Assembly: GCA_964036045.1 (NCBI GenBank) | Contig: OZ038378.1 | Location: 79,670,001-79,734,000, forward strand | Source of the DNA: Eutreptiella sp. 'Long Island Sound 2002' | Lineage: Eukaryota; Protista; Euglenida | Direction: 5' to 3' | DNA length: 64,000 nucleotides | Part shown: positions 9,891 through 23,720 of the stretch, piece after piece | How the letters are laid out: each line of letters starts with the position of its first letter | How positions within the stretch are numbered: the stretch's first letter is position 1 | Program-made: the position numbers and the translations under genes | The notes under the pieces: model-generated | Database searches by the model: none | Told to the model about the DNA's origin: nothing | The model's input: the letters and a program-made list of their open reading frames with translations, nothing else

Positions 9891-10326
9891 AGCGCTTGGC
9901 CACCACCGTGTCACCAGGCAGATGTTGGCGCATGGTGGGCGCTAATCATTTGGTACCAAAGCCCTAGAAACCACACCGCCACACACCACAGCCCCACAAA
10001 CCACAGCCGAATAAACCAAAGCCGTAGAAACGTCACCCCCACACACCACAGACACACACACCACGGCTGTAGACACCACAGCCCCACACCCCCCCCCCCC
10101 CAAACCACAACTCTGAGGACCACCATACAAGGGGTGGGGAGTTGGCCATGCAAAGGAACCAGCCCCTTTCTGTTCTTTGGGACAACCTACAACCTATAGC
10201 CTGGCCACACGCTAAACACACGGGGAACACACACGCACACACATACGTCGAACTACTTTCTTTTGGTTCATCAATGGTGGCACCCGTTCGACCTGCAACA
10301 GGAAGTGGAGATCGATGGTGGAGAGG

Positions 10327-11555
10327 GATGACTGGGTTCAACCCAGGTTGCAGTGAGCACCGAGCAGCAGTCGCTGAATGTGTCTCGTCTTGGTGTTGCT
10401 GTGTGTTGGGTGTGTTAGTGTTTGATCCTGGTCTGTGCTGCACTTTGCGCTGCAGGATGTCAAGATTCCCCTGGCAGATACTCGAAGTGTGCACCCACTG
10501 TTTGTATCATACTATATTGTATACTACAAGAGTCTGTGTACTGCTGTTGGCACAACAGTATGACCGCTCAGCAGTTGGACTCAACCCTCCCAACCCTCCC
10601 AACCCCCCCAATGTTTCCTGACATTCCCAAGCATTTGCATGCTAGTTTGCTGTTTTTTCTTACAGCTCAATGAGACAGCCCCTTCTCAGGTTACCCACCC
10701 TTTAGTCCCTGTTCTGGGTCCGCACCAATGACTGCAAAGGAGGTGCATGCTAGTCCAACCTGCGGACACTCTTTGCAGTAGGTGAAGGACTGGTCCCTTC
10801 AAAGGCAGGTGTATAACTGTGTGCATGTGCGGTAGTGTGTGTCGGTGTGTGTGCATGAATGCCATCTAGAGTATTCAGCCTGGTGAAAATAAGGATTGCT
10901 GGCAGCAACTGCTGCCTGCCATCACGGTCCATCACAAAGCCAAGTCATTGTTCTACAACCGCTAGATGGGACACCCGTGGAGTAATAGGATGGATGAAAC
11001 TAAGGGTTTCGGGCACCAACTGCGACCTGCCGCTTGGTGGACAGTGCATTGGGTACGTCGGGTCTGTGTGTGTGTGACTTTGACATCTCAGTCGGTGCTT
11101 AGGTGCCATTCCCATGGAAGCCCATGGCAAGCCGCACGCCGGCTTGACGACGATTGGGTCCGCACCAGTTTGGAGGGCAATATACCGGTTACGGTGTGTA
11201 AGAGGTATGTTGTGTATTGTTGCATAGTACTCCTTGTACCTCTGTGATGCGTGGACTGAGCGACTGGACCCTTGGTGCAGCGGTTTACCCCTCGAAGAAG
11301 TTAGCGATGTAAGTGAGACGTCACACCAAGGTGCTCGCTGATAGAGAGGGATGACTTGGTTGAACTCAGGTTGCAATGAGCCCCGAGCACCAGTCGATCA
11401 ATGTGTCCTGTCTGTGTGTTGATGTGTGTTGGGTATTTTAGTGTCTGATCATGGTCTGTGCTGCAGTGTGCGCTGCAGGATTTGAAGATTGCTCTGGCAA
11501 ATACTCCAAGTGTGCATCCACTGTTTGTATTGTAATGTATTGTATACTACAAGAG
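10327..11555 (+). repeat. Dispersed direct repeat of about 210 bp (10327-10535 and 11349-11555)
   Basis: ggatgact(g/t)ggtt...caggttgca...gcgctgcaggat...tgtatactacaagagt is present in both copies. Confidence 0.85.
11085..11240 (+). pseudogene. Highly degenerate RT fragment (possibly Penelope-like)
   Basis: GAIPMEAHGKPHAGL resembles GxPMGxxxSPxxAxL; after a frameshift, KRYVVYCCIV resembles RYVDDxF. Confidence 0.3.
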
Positions 11556-14149
11556 TGTGTACGTAAGGAGTGGGGTGGGTTTTAAGGTAATACGATGGCC
11601 AGGATGGCCATGGACACGAGCTAGGGTCGCTCGTGAGCACGTGTGTTTGTGTGCGTGCATAAGGGGTGGGGTTCGGGGTTTCAGGTACAACGGTGGCCCC
11701 AACGTCCATGGAATATGCGCAAGGGCAACAAGAAGCCCCTCCCCCCCACCCACAAAAGCTCAAACGGAGCCCGCTCATCTCCCTAATAACCCCCACATAG
11801 GCCCTAAACCAAACCAAACTAACCCCACGGAACCCCCACCCACCACGACCCAAGGCACCGCGCCGCTATGGGATCCGAAGACGGGGTCCCAAGAGGTATG
11901 AGCATCTCACCACCCCCAAAAATGGCCAAGGACTAGAGCCCTGACGGCCAATGCTTATATGCTATATGTTTTTGTGCTTGTGTTTGCTAGTTTAATGTTT
12001 GGAAAACACAATTAAAGTTTCTTGTTTTCACCCTTCTTTTTCAAATGTGCAAAATTTAAGCCAAAAAATTAATGTGACCTTTTAAAGTGGAGTGCCATTT
12101 TATTACTTCTTCTCATCGACACCGGTAGTCTAGCTTGCTAATGCTACGTGGTAGAATGGTAGCCACACACGCAAGGCACCCCATGGGGGTGGAAATCTTG
12201 CCAAGCGAGACCCCTAAACACCCTCAAGAGGTGGAAACTATCCTTTCACGCATTACATTTTGGCCAAAGTTTCAATCCATTGCATTTAACGTGGGTCTTT
12301 AGCTGAACACAACTAGAACCCTCTTGGCAACTTTTGGCAGGCGAATTCGGCCGGTAGGCAACTGCTTCTCCTAACTAGTTGTAGCGCACCAGAGCCGCTA
12401 GTGGCATCATTCTCGGGTGCGCCACAACATGCACCAGCTACTCTTGGGAACCAAGGTCGTGCTCTCTCTCACGCGGCCACCTATTTTCGACGGTGCGGCA
12501 CATCACGAGAAGGGGGAGGAAGTACTTATTGGCCGACAGCGCAGAGTGCTATATGCACCGTTGCTGCCCGCATCCCTTGTAGGTCCCCTTGAGCGTGTGG
12601 TAGGGCCGCCTGGTCGTGCCCCATGCTAGGGCTCCATGAGCACGAGCGCCATAGCAGATACCACAACCAGCAGGGCAGACGGAAACATGCTCTTGAAGGG
12701 GGGGAGGCAGGGTGATGATGGGGATGATGAGCATGCTAGGCCGAATGTGGGTAACCCAGGTGCAATGGATTGGTGACATAGGGAGGCCCATGGGAAAAGA
12801 GGGTAGGGGTGTTTGTGTCCTCGCGGCTCCAGTTGTTGTCCCCAAGTCTTGACACTCCTTCATTGGCTCCTCCAAGGCGGTGGGCGATGTCAGGTGGTGC
12901 ACAGTCTTTGGACAAAGGCTTCCAGCAGTTGTGCCGTTTCCATCGAAAAATGGGGCTCCTTTAGCTTGTGCAGAGGCAGCCTGTCCTTGGCGATGAGCGC
13001 CTCACACTAATGTCAATGAAATAGTCCGAGCCGCTGCCCATGGCAGGGTGGGGGCCATTCACCTAAGCCCAATATGCAGTGTACAAGAAATTTCTATGCC
13101 GAATTCGATGTGACACCGAGTCCAAGAGCTATTGCATGCGGCGCCAGACCGCGGACATTTGGAAAGGATTCCTTTGAATTAGGGGCTGACGTACATTGCA
13201 TGTTGAAGGCAAAAGCTCAATCAACTATTTCGGGGAGCAGATGAACGGGCTGACGCAACCCGAACCGTCTTACTCTCACATCCCCTCTCCCTCCCCACCG
13301 TACCCTGTGCCTCTCCTCCCCCACCTTGCCACGCAACGTAGCATTGAGAACATCAAATGGGAGGGCCCACCCCTTCCCCAGAGCTGCCAACCCCAATGCC
13401 GCCCGCCACCCCCCCTCGGCGCATGGGTTCACATCGCCCGCTTTGCCGCCCGTTCCTTGGCACCCCTTCCCTCCCATTCACCCCTTTCCTTGGTGTGTGC
13501 TTTCTCCGCTACTTGGTTCTACCCATCCCCCACCCTTGAGGCGTCCCTTTTCGCTGTGAATCCACGCATGCAACCCCGGCCCCTCTACGCATCCGGGGCG
13601 GCCCATGTCCTCCAGCTAGTTGTTTGCTTGGTCCTTTGGTTGTGGTCCCTGAGCCGCGGTTCCCTTACGCGTCACAACCTACCCGCCCCCTAGGACGTGG
13701 AAGATGCAAATTTGACAATATTGCACATGTGCAATTTAAGTATGCTTTTTAACCAATGTGTGCCTTTTTGTTAACCCTGTCGTGTGACACTGATTGAAAT
13801 AGCTGGTGATGATTTAGTCTTAGGTATCCCCTTCATGTAACGTATGATATTTATCGTTTTTTGGAAAGTGGCCGAAATTTCACCCAGCTTTCTGGTTCCA
13901 TTGGAAATAGGCATGTGTAAATACACTCATGAACACTTCCGGCCAAAATTTCGGCCAGCGTTTGACTTTCATGTCATTTAGGTCTACCTATCCCTTTTTT
14001 TTATCCTTGGCTGAAATTTTGCCCAATTTTTTTTACCAAGCACGCTTCATACCATCCTATTTGGCATTTTATCAGGGCTCGCCGAAATTCCACTTGTTTT
14101 GCCATGGAATACACGTGGCCGAAACTTCCGTGTGGTCTACAATTGAGGA

Positions 14150-17100
14150 ACACCGGCACTTTTCCTAAAAACGAGCCAGCTTCCCTTCTTCGCACAGCCC
14201 CGGCACCGTTTCATTTGGCCATGGGAGCTCACTGTTTGAAGTCTCCGCATCCAAAATGGGTGGGCACCAATTTTTCAACAAAGTCCATACCCACCTTGGG
14301 GAGAAAATCCATAATCGGCCAAAACATTGGAACTTTGCGTCAAAATAGGCGTTATCACCCCTATCCCCCCCCCCCCGTGCAGCCCTCCAAACACCCATGT
14401 ATGTCCTCTAATCTAATGTAACGTAATCTACATCCCTCTCTCCAACTCTACATGGCTCGACAACACGACTCTAAGGTATGTGCGGAGTGTACAACCTGGT
14501 GCATACAGGTGGCGAAATGGGTCACACTGGGTCAAAATGGGTTCAAAGCGGGCACTATTATCCGGTTCGAGCACCACAAATGGTCGAGCATCATGTTTCC
14601 AAAAAGATGTCTTTAAGCAATTTTTGACCCATATCGAACACAAAACGGCCCATTTGAAGGCTTTTTGGAACAACATGGCTCAAAAGGTGCTCAAAACGGG
14701 TTCATTTCACCTCTTTGTGCACCCCCAATGGTCCACGGCCACTTTTGGAAAAAGGCAATTTTGACCCATTTTGACCCATTTTTCGTCCCTAAACGGCCCA
14801 TTTTCAAGGCATGTTGTGACTTTTTGTGGGCCCAAATTGCTCCAAATGGGCTCAAAGTGCGCTCATTTCCTTTGTCTGTGCTCCCCAAATGCTCTCTGAA
14901 CACTTTTTGCATACAAGGTTTTCAAGGTGCCCGGCTTGGTGCTCCAAAATATCGTGCAATCACGAAAAAACGAGGTACAGAGATCTGTGCATTTTGATGT
15001 GCTGAATTAAAAGATGCAATCGCTTCGGCTCAACAAGACGATATGCTGGAGAATTTGTGCGTTTATTGCCATGGGGTCAACTACCAGGCTGATGACGGCC
15101 AAATCATTTTGAGAGGAAAATGTGAACCTTGGGACACAAATTGCCCAATTCTCCAACATATTTTCTTATTGGGCATGAAAATTTTTCATTTTTGCATGCA
15201 ACACAACAAAATGTACAAATTTCAATCACCACTCTTTTCGCCATCTAAATGATATGTTGGAGATGTAGGCCCGGCTAGTGGTTGGTTGTGGTCTGCAACG
15301 GAGGTATACCGGCATTATTCCGAAAAACTAGCCAGATTCGCTGCTTGGCACGACCCCACCACCTTTTCATTTGAATTCTGTGTATCCAAAATTGGTGGGC
15401 ACCAATTTGTCAACAAAATCCATACCCACCTTGGGGAAAAAATCCATAATGGGCCAAAAAAAATCTGAGTTTGCCTCAAAATAGCCTTTATCACCCCCAC
15501 CCCCCCCCCTCCACAGTCAAACGCCCATGAATGTCCTCGAATCTAATCTAATGTAATATTCACCCCTCTCCCCGACTCTAGATGGCTCCACAATTCGGCC
15601 GTAAGGTACGTGCGAACCGTACAATTTGGTGCATACATGTGGCGACCTGGGCCAAACTGGGTCAAAATGGGTTTAAATTGGGTACCATTGTCCCATTTGA
15701 GCACCACAAATGGTTTCAACATCATGTTTGCAAAACAAATTGTTGACCCATTTCAGACGCATTTTAATCACAAAATGGCCCAAGGGTTTTTGGAACCCCA
15801 AATGCTCAAAACGTGCACAAAACGGGTTCATTTCACTTGTTTGTGCTCCCCCAATTTTCCACAATCATTTCTTGATAAAGGCATTTTTGACCCATTTTTG
15901 ACCCATTTTTGGTACAAAACGGCCCATTTTCAAGGCATGTGGTGACTTTCCACGGGCCAAAATGTCTGAGAACGGCTTCAAAGTGGGTTCATTTCACTTC
16001 CTTGTGCTCCCCAAATGCTCCACGGTCACTCTTGCATGCACGGTTTTCAAGGTGCTCGGCCTGATGCTCCAAAATTTCTTCCAATGACGAAAAAACAGGG
16101 CATATAAATTCGTGCATGTTCATGTGCCGAATTAAAAACTGCAAGAATTTCAGCTCGACAGGACAATATGCTAGGGGGTTTCCGTGTTTATTGCCCCGAG
16201 GTTGACTGTCAGACTGTTGACAGCCAAATTAGCCGGAGACGAAAATGTGACTATTGTGACCCAGGTTGGCCAATTCTCCAGCATATCTTCTTGTTGAGCC
16301 TGAACTTTTGCAATTTTGGAATCAACACATCAAAAGGCAAAGTTTTTTATTGCAATTTCCTCCGTCACTAAAATGATATGTTGTAGGTGTAGGCCCGGTT
16401 GGGTCCTGGCTGTGGTCTCCAATTGAGGGACATCGGCATTTTTCCTAAAAAACGAGCCAACTTCCGTGCTTTGCAAGGCCCCAGCACTGTTTCATTTGGC
16501 CATCGGATTTTGATTTTTGAATTCTGTGCATCCAAAATGGGTGGGCACCAATTTTTCAACAAAGTCCATAGCCACGTTGTGGAGAAAATCCACAACCCGG
16601 CCAAAAAAAGCTCCGACTTGGCGTTAAAATAGCCTTTGTCACCCGTGCCCCCCCCCCCCCCCGCGCGGTCAAACATCCATGTATGTCCTCTAATCTAATC
16701 CAATCTAATGTACACCCCTCTCCCCCACTCTACATGGCTCCACAATACAGGTCTAAGGTACGTGCGAATTGTACAACATGGTGCATACATGTGGCACAAT
16801 GGGCTTACTTGGGTCAAAATGGCTTCAAAATGGGCGCTATTGTCCGGTTTGAGCACCACAAATCCTCATGTTTACAAAAACACATTTTTGAGCAATTTTT
16901 GACCCATTTTGGTCACAAAATGGGTCATTTGAAGGGTTTCCGGAACCTCAAACATGGCTCAAAACGTGCTCAAAACGGGTTCATTTCACTTTTTTTTGCA
17001 CCCCCAATGGTGGACGATCACTTTTGGATAAAGGCATTTTTGACCCATTGTGGTCCCAAAAGGGCCCATTTTCCACGCATGTTGCCACTTTGCACGGGCC

Positions 17101-19860
17101 AAAGTGGCTCAAAAGAGGCTTTCCAAATGCTCCACGATCACTTTTGCATGCAAGGTTTTCAACGTGCTCGACCCGCTGCTCCAAAATACTGTCCAATGAC
17201 GAAAAAACGGGCCACATATATTTGTGCATTTTGATGTGCTGAATGAAAAAGAGGCAAGAGTTTCGGCTCAACGACACAATATGCTAAAGAGAGTCTGTTT
17301 TTATTGCCCTGAGGTCCGCTATCAGATTGATGACACCCAAATCAGTCGGAGAGGAAAATGTCACCACTGTGACCCAAATTGGCGAATTCTGCAACATATC
17401 GTCTTGTGGAAAGAGTTTCGTCTCAACAAGACAATATGCTAAAGAATTTCCGTGTTTATTGCCCTGAGGTCCACTACCACGCTAATGACAGCCAAGTTGG
17501 AGACGAAAATGTGACCGTTGTGACCGGAAAAGCCCAATTCTCCGGCATATGGTCTTGTTGAGGCTGAACTCTTGCATTCTTGGATTCAGCACATCAAAAT
17601 GAACAAATTTATATCCCCACTTTTTTTGTCGCTGAAAGGATATGTTGGAGATGTAGGCCCAGTTGGTTGCTGGTTGCGGTTGCAATTGAGGGGCATTGGC
17701 ATTTTTCCGAAAAACCACCCAATTTCCTTGCCTCGCACGGCCCCGTCACCGTTTCATTTGGCCATGGGATCTTGATTTTTGACCTCTTCGCATCCAAAAT
17801 AGCTGGGCACTAATTTTTCAACAAAGTGCATACCCACCTTGGGGAGAAAATCCAAAACTGGCCAAAAAAGCTCCGACATTGCGTCAAAATCGCCTTTAAC
17901 CCCCCCCCCCCCCCCCCGGTCAAACATCCATGCATGTCCGCTCATCTAATCTAATCTAATCTGCATGCCTCTCCCCAACTCTAGATGGCTCCACAACACG
18001 GCTCTAAGGTACCCGCGAAGTGTACAACGTGGTGCATACACGTTGCGAAGTGGGCTAAATCGCGTCAAAATGGGTTCAAAATGGGCACTATTGTCCCGTT
18101 TAAGCACCACCAACGCTCGTGTTTGCAAAAACACGTTAATGACCCGTTGGTGACACATTTTGATCATAAAATGGCCCATTTGAAGGGTTTCTGGAACACT
18201 AAAGGAGCCAACATGCCTCAAAACGTGCTGCTAACGGGTTTATTTCACTTGTTTGTGCACCCCCAATGGGCCACGGTCACTTTTGGAAAAAGCCACTTTT
18301 GATCCATTGGTGACCCATTTTTGGTCCCAATACGGCCCAATTCCAAGCATGTTGCAACTTTCCACGGGCCAAAATGGCTCGAAACGGGCGTAGACTTGGG
18401 ATCGTTTTACTTGTTTGTGCTCCCCAATTGCACCACGATCTCTTTTGCATGCAAGGTTTTCAAGGTGCTCGGCCTAGTGCTCCAAAATATCTTGCAATGA
18501 CGAGAAGATTGCCACATACATTCGTGCATTTTGATGTGCCGAGTTAAAAAAAGCAACAGCTTCGGCTCAGCAAGACAATATGCTAGAGAATTTCTCTATT
18601 TACTGCCCTGAGGTCCACTATCAGACTACTGATAGCCAAATTAGTCGGAGAGGAAAATGTCACCGCCTTGACCCAAATTGCCGAATTCCGCCACATCTTG
18701 TCTTATTGAGTCTGACTTTGTCATTTTTGGAATCAGCACATCAAAATGCACAAATTTATGTCCCCTCCTTGTTCATCAATGAAATTATATGTTTGAGATA
18801 TAGGCCCAGCTAGTTGCTGGTTGTGGTCTGCAATTGAGGGACACCGGCATTTTTCCTAAAAGCGAGCTAGCTTCCTAGCTTTGCACCGCCCCACCACCTT
18901 TTCATTTTGCCATGGGGCCTTGATTTTTGAATTCTCCGCATCCAAAATCGTTGGGCGCCAATTTGTCAACAACATCCGTATCCACCTTGGGGTGTAAATC
19001 CAAAATCGGCCACGAAAACATTTCGTCGAAATAGCTTTTATCACCCCCCCCCCCCCCCGGTTAGACGCCCATGTGTATCCTCTAATCTAATCTAATCTAA
19101 TCTAACCTAATCTAATCTAATCTACACACCTCTGCCCAACTCTAGATGGCTCCACAAATACGGCTCTAAGCTACGTGCGAAGTGTACAATCTGGTGCATA
19201 CATGTGGCAAAATTGGGTAAACTGCGTCAAAATGGGTTCAAAACGGGCACTATTGTCCCATTTGAGCACCACAAATGGTGGAGCATCATTTTTGCCAGAG
19301 CACATTGCTGACCCATTTTTGACTCATTTTGTATACAAAATCGCCCATTTGAAGGCTTTTTGGGACCCCACAAGGGCCAAAGAGGCTCAACATGTGATCA
19401 AATCGGGTGCATTTCACTTGTTTGTGCACAGCCAATGGTCCACGATCCCTTTTGGAAAAAGTTTTTTTTAACCCTTTTTTAAACAATTTGGGTCCCAAAA
19501 CAGCCCATTTTACACGCACGTTGCGAGTTTCCATGAGCCAAAATGTCTCCAAATGGGCTCAAAATAGGCCCATTTTACTCATTTGTGCTCCCCAAATGGT
19601 CGAGCATCGTTGTTGGAATAACACATTGTTGATCCAATTTTCCTCCCCCACAACCACCCACAATTTCAAGCTATTGCGGGACTTTGCATGGGCAAAAACA
19701 CGTCACCAGGGGCTCAAAACCGCCCAAAAACACTTGGTTGGGCATCCCAAGTGGTCTAGGAACCAGTTTGCACAAAATGTCGTTTTTGGCCCCCGGACCT
19801 TGGGGGACACACCATTGGCCCCCACCGTGCGCGGCCCAGGCACCCTCTAGCTCCACCAAC
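14150..19860. repeat. Macrosatellite of five diverged units of about 1.15 kb
   Basis: Anchor ctcta(c/g)atggctc at 14446, 15576, 16728, 17979 and 19140 (spacing 1130, 1152, 1251, 1161). Each unit has a poly-C run followed by (TCTAA)n; the longer unit has an internal duplication near 17270-17540. Confidence 0.9.
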
Positions 19861-20992
19861 TAATCACTCGTATAGGCGTCTGGGCGTCTCGTGGGGCAAT
19901 TTTGACAGTTGGAAACCACAAAAATGGGGGGGTTGCGAGTCGACTATGCGTCCTTGCATTTCAGCTTTGAGCCACACAGCCCAAGGTACTGCCCGGTCCT
20001 GGTTCGTAGGCAATGTGATGAATGTTGCGCACATTCTGGGCCATTTGTAGCCATCCTTGGGCCATTTCTTGAACACATCATGGAGTTAGACAGTACCAAA
20101 AGGGTTGTTTGTTACGAGGAAATCAAGAGGCATGTGGATTGTAGCTACCCTTTCCCCTCATTCAGCGGTTGTGAATGACTTTCGGGGCCGTATTGGGTCA
20201 GCAAAGGCTGTTTTGGGGCTAGAAAGGCGTAGTTTTGGGAGGGCACCTACCAACTTGCCCAGCCCTCTTAAGCCGCCCCCCCCTCCGGGCCTTCGGAACC
20301 TGGTCCGGCTTTGTGCCCTAAAGTACCTTATTTCAGCACGGATAAACGCCCTTAGCATCAATTTTTGCGGACGGGAGTGTGTTGCCCGGGTCCCAAGTAT
20401 TGGCACTTCGTGTCTACAAAAGGCAGGCAGTGTCTACAGGGGGCATGCAGTTTCTACTTGGGCCAAAGAGTGTCTACAAACTACGGACGGCTTGGCCCCT
20501 ATACACGGGTAAATGATGTTAGCGGACCGTTTTGGGGGAAAGGGGCCTTAGGCCCCCTTCCCAGATGCTGTCATCTCGCACTTACAACATGCCTGTAGCG
20601 TGTAATGTGGTAGACCGCGGCGAGGAAACAGTGTCTGCATGGGGCACACGGTGCCGACTACTCCCCTCTCCCCTTGAATCTAGCTGACAATCAACGAGAA
20701 GCACTTCTTCTTTGTTTTTGGGCTATTGCTCCGTGTCATCGCTCAGGGCTCGACTCTACTCTAGCCATCGTGCACCCTAATTACAGGCCTTGCCAAATCC
20801 AACTTTTCGAATGCAGTCCACGATTCCCATGATCCACGGGTAAATTGGACAGGTACCGCGTAAACGGGCTAGCATACATTGGTAAAACATTGCAGTCTTA
20901 CAAATTGGGGGTTTTTAGCCCCACACGGGGGGCTATGCTCAAGGGTAGGGGGGGCAGGGGTCACATATACCATACATAATGTATAGGTAGAT

Positions 20993-20994
<2 letters not shown>

Positions 20995-21050
<56 letters not shown>
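20995..21050. repeat. (TA)n microsatellite
   Basis: Direct read. Confidence 0.95.
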
Positions 21051-21833
21051 GTACATGGATGCCTTATACGCCCATTTCCTCCAACCGCACCCACCACCAC
21101 GGGGTATGCCCGTGTTTGCGGGTCGGCAACATAGACAAGCATGTTTCAAGCGCGGATGGGATCGTTTTGGTCAGTATTCCTGCCACAAAAGGACAACGTA
21201 TGGTTACGAATAGGGTATGACACCATTACCGTTAGGATCCTATCAAAAGTATGAAAAATGGCCTGTTTCTTAGCAAACATTGCTTCCAACCCCTATATCC
21301 ACTCATAACACATAAAGGGGTATGATGTTGTACATTGTGCTTCACCATTATGATTCAAAATGCATTTTAACCGCCCACAAAGAGTTTTTTTAAAGGGAAA
21401 ACGGGGCTATTTCCCTTTTGGTTGTCAAGGTTTGGGCAAATGTGATGTGATACCCTAATAATCCCCTCTTTTTTCCTTTCTTGCACCTTCAAAAGGGCAA
21501 GTACCTAATGTAGACCTTCCAAGTGTCTTCTAAAACTCCAAAAGCGGGGAGGGGGTCCCTAAACTTCTCCAAAAGCGCACCGGGTAGTGGGGGTCGGGGG
21601 GGGGGGTTAGTGTATATGCCTTATGTACACATGTCTATGTGGTGTAACTTTGGCGGCATCTCTATATGGGTGTGGGGTAGGAGATGGCGTCGCGCACCCC
21701 CACCCCCTATTTCGAGGCTGGAAAATAGAAAAAAAAGGTTTTCGACGTGAACCTAATGGCTTGTTGTCGGTTAAGGGCTCCCCGTGGCTAAAAGTAGGGT
21801 ATGATACGGTATGATATCAGTTTTTCTAGGTTC

Positions 21834-22326
21834 CTAAACCCCCGCCCCAAAAATAGGAACCGGTTCTTATTTTTGACCCAGTTGGTGGCGGTAGCAGGGG
21901 GGGTTCTTATTTTTGGGGGCGGTTCCTATTGCGTTTGACACCTCCTCCTGCCTTCAGAAAAAATGGACATTTTTGATGGCTTGCACCCACAGTGTGCGGA
22001 CTCCATTGACGTGGAAAAATCAGACTCATCTGAGGAGTCGGATATGGAGGTGACACGCATTGTCGCCAAGGCCCACAGCTTAACCATCAGTGCTGGCCTG
22101 ATCCTGTCTGCAACCTGCCACCAGCAAAGCGCCAAGCTACCATCACTTCGTATTTCCGCAAGTAACTGATGCACAAAAAACTCTTCAGTGTTCCCCGCTT
22201 TTGTCTTGCTTGTGTCCAAGGTGGTTCTTATTTTTGACCCGCTCGGTGGAAAGCCCCAGGCGGTTCTTATTTTTGGGGCGGTTCTTAGTTTTGGGGCCAG
22301 TTCTTATTTTTGGGAAAGGGGTTTAG
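21834..22326 (+). mobile_element. 493-bp internally deleted TIR element (MITE-like) retaining a putative transposase C-terminus
   Basis: 27-bp TIRs at 21834-21860 and 22300-22326 (23/27 match); subterminal GGTTCTTATTTTTG repeats; internal acidic stretch EKSDSSEESD and KRQATITSYFRK* (22127-22165). Confidence 0.7.
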
Positions 22327-22799
22327 CACAATCTTCAAGAGTGCTGCTTTTTCCAATGAAAAAAAGCCATTCCACCCTAAATCCACCCCAAACATGTAAT
22401 AGGGGATTATTTTCTACAATGGCCTTCACTATGTTCTTGGGAAGTGTGGTACTAAGCATGGGATAACCTGGCTTTTTTCGATTTGCTGCCATTTTTGGTC
22501 ATTTTGGGTAATCTTGCTACCATCGTAGAAATAGCGATGTCATACCCTAATTCTGAGCCCTTAGGGGGGCGGGGGGCAAATGCCCACCAAAGAACGTTCC
22601 AATTCATTCCTAAAATGTGTTTTTGTTGGTGTTGCCCAGCCTCAAAATAAGGGGGAGCGTCCCTACACCCATGCCCAACCCCATTTGGTGGCCCACACCT
22701 AGGTAGATATGCTGCCGAAGATATGCCGTACATGTATATGTGTATGTATTTATAGATGAATATGTATATGTCTATGCATATGTGCATGTATATGCCTTG

Positions 22800-23450
22800 C
22801 ACCCATGGACACCTTTTGTCTCATGGAAAATGCCAAAATGCCTTGAAAATGGGCCGTCTTCAGACCAAAAATGGGTCGTAAATGGGTCAAAAGCACATTT
22901 TTACAAAAGTAATCCTGGACCATTCCGGTTTCTGAAACAAGTGGTTTTAGCCCATTTTGAGCCCATGGTGGCGTGTCTTGGCCCATGGAAAATCCCTAAA
23001 TCCCTTGAAAATGGGCTTTTCTGGGACGCAAAATGGGTCAAAAACGGGTCAAGAAACGCAATTTTCCGAACGTGATCCCGGACCAATCGGGATGCCCAAA
23101 GAAGTGTTGTTAGCCCACTTTGAGCCCGTGGTGACGCGTTTTGAGCCATGGAAAAACCCAAAAAGCCTTGAAAGTGGGCCGTTTTGGGACCAAAAATGGG
23201 TCAAATCTAGGTCCAAAATCTGTTTTTCCAAAAGTGATCGTGGACCATTCGGGATGCTCAAACGAGTGTTTTTAGCCCATTTTGAGCCCGTGGTGGCGCG
23301 TTTTGAGCCATGGAAAATTTGAAAAAGGGTTGAAATGCTCCGTTGTGGGGCCAAAACTGGGTGAAATGTGGGTCAAAAACATGTTTTTCCAATATTGCTC
23401 CTGGACTGTTTGGGGTGCACAAACAAGTTACATGAGCCCATTTTGAGCCC
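22800..23450. repeat. Four tandem monomers of about 162 bp
   Basis: Anchor tttgagcc recurs near 22955, 23118, 23280 and 23441 (spacing 163, 162, 161); reverse-orientation relatives occur inside 14-19.8 kb, 29-30 kb and 45-46.5 kb. Confidence 0.9.
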
Positions 23451-23544
23451 ATTTGGACCCAGTTCAGCCGTTTCCGCCACCTGTAGGTACCCGTCGCACT
23501 TACATTAGAACCACATTGTGGAGTCACCTCGAGTTGAGGGGTGT

Positions 23545-23720
<176 letters not shown>

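Noticed and set aside
12400-13200. Possible RT (FPMGLPMSP) or transposase (CEALIAK) relic on the minus strand
   Set aside because: Isolated short motifs with no supporting neighbouring motifs.
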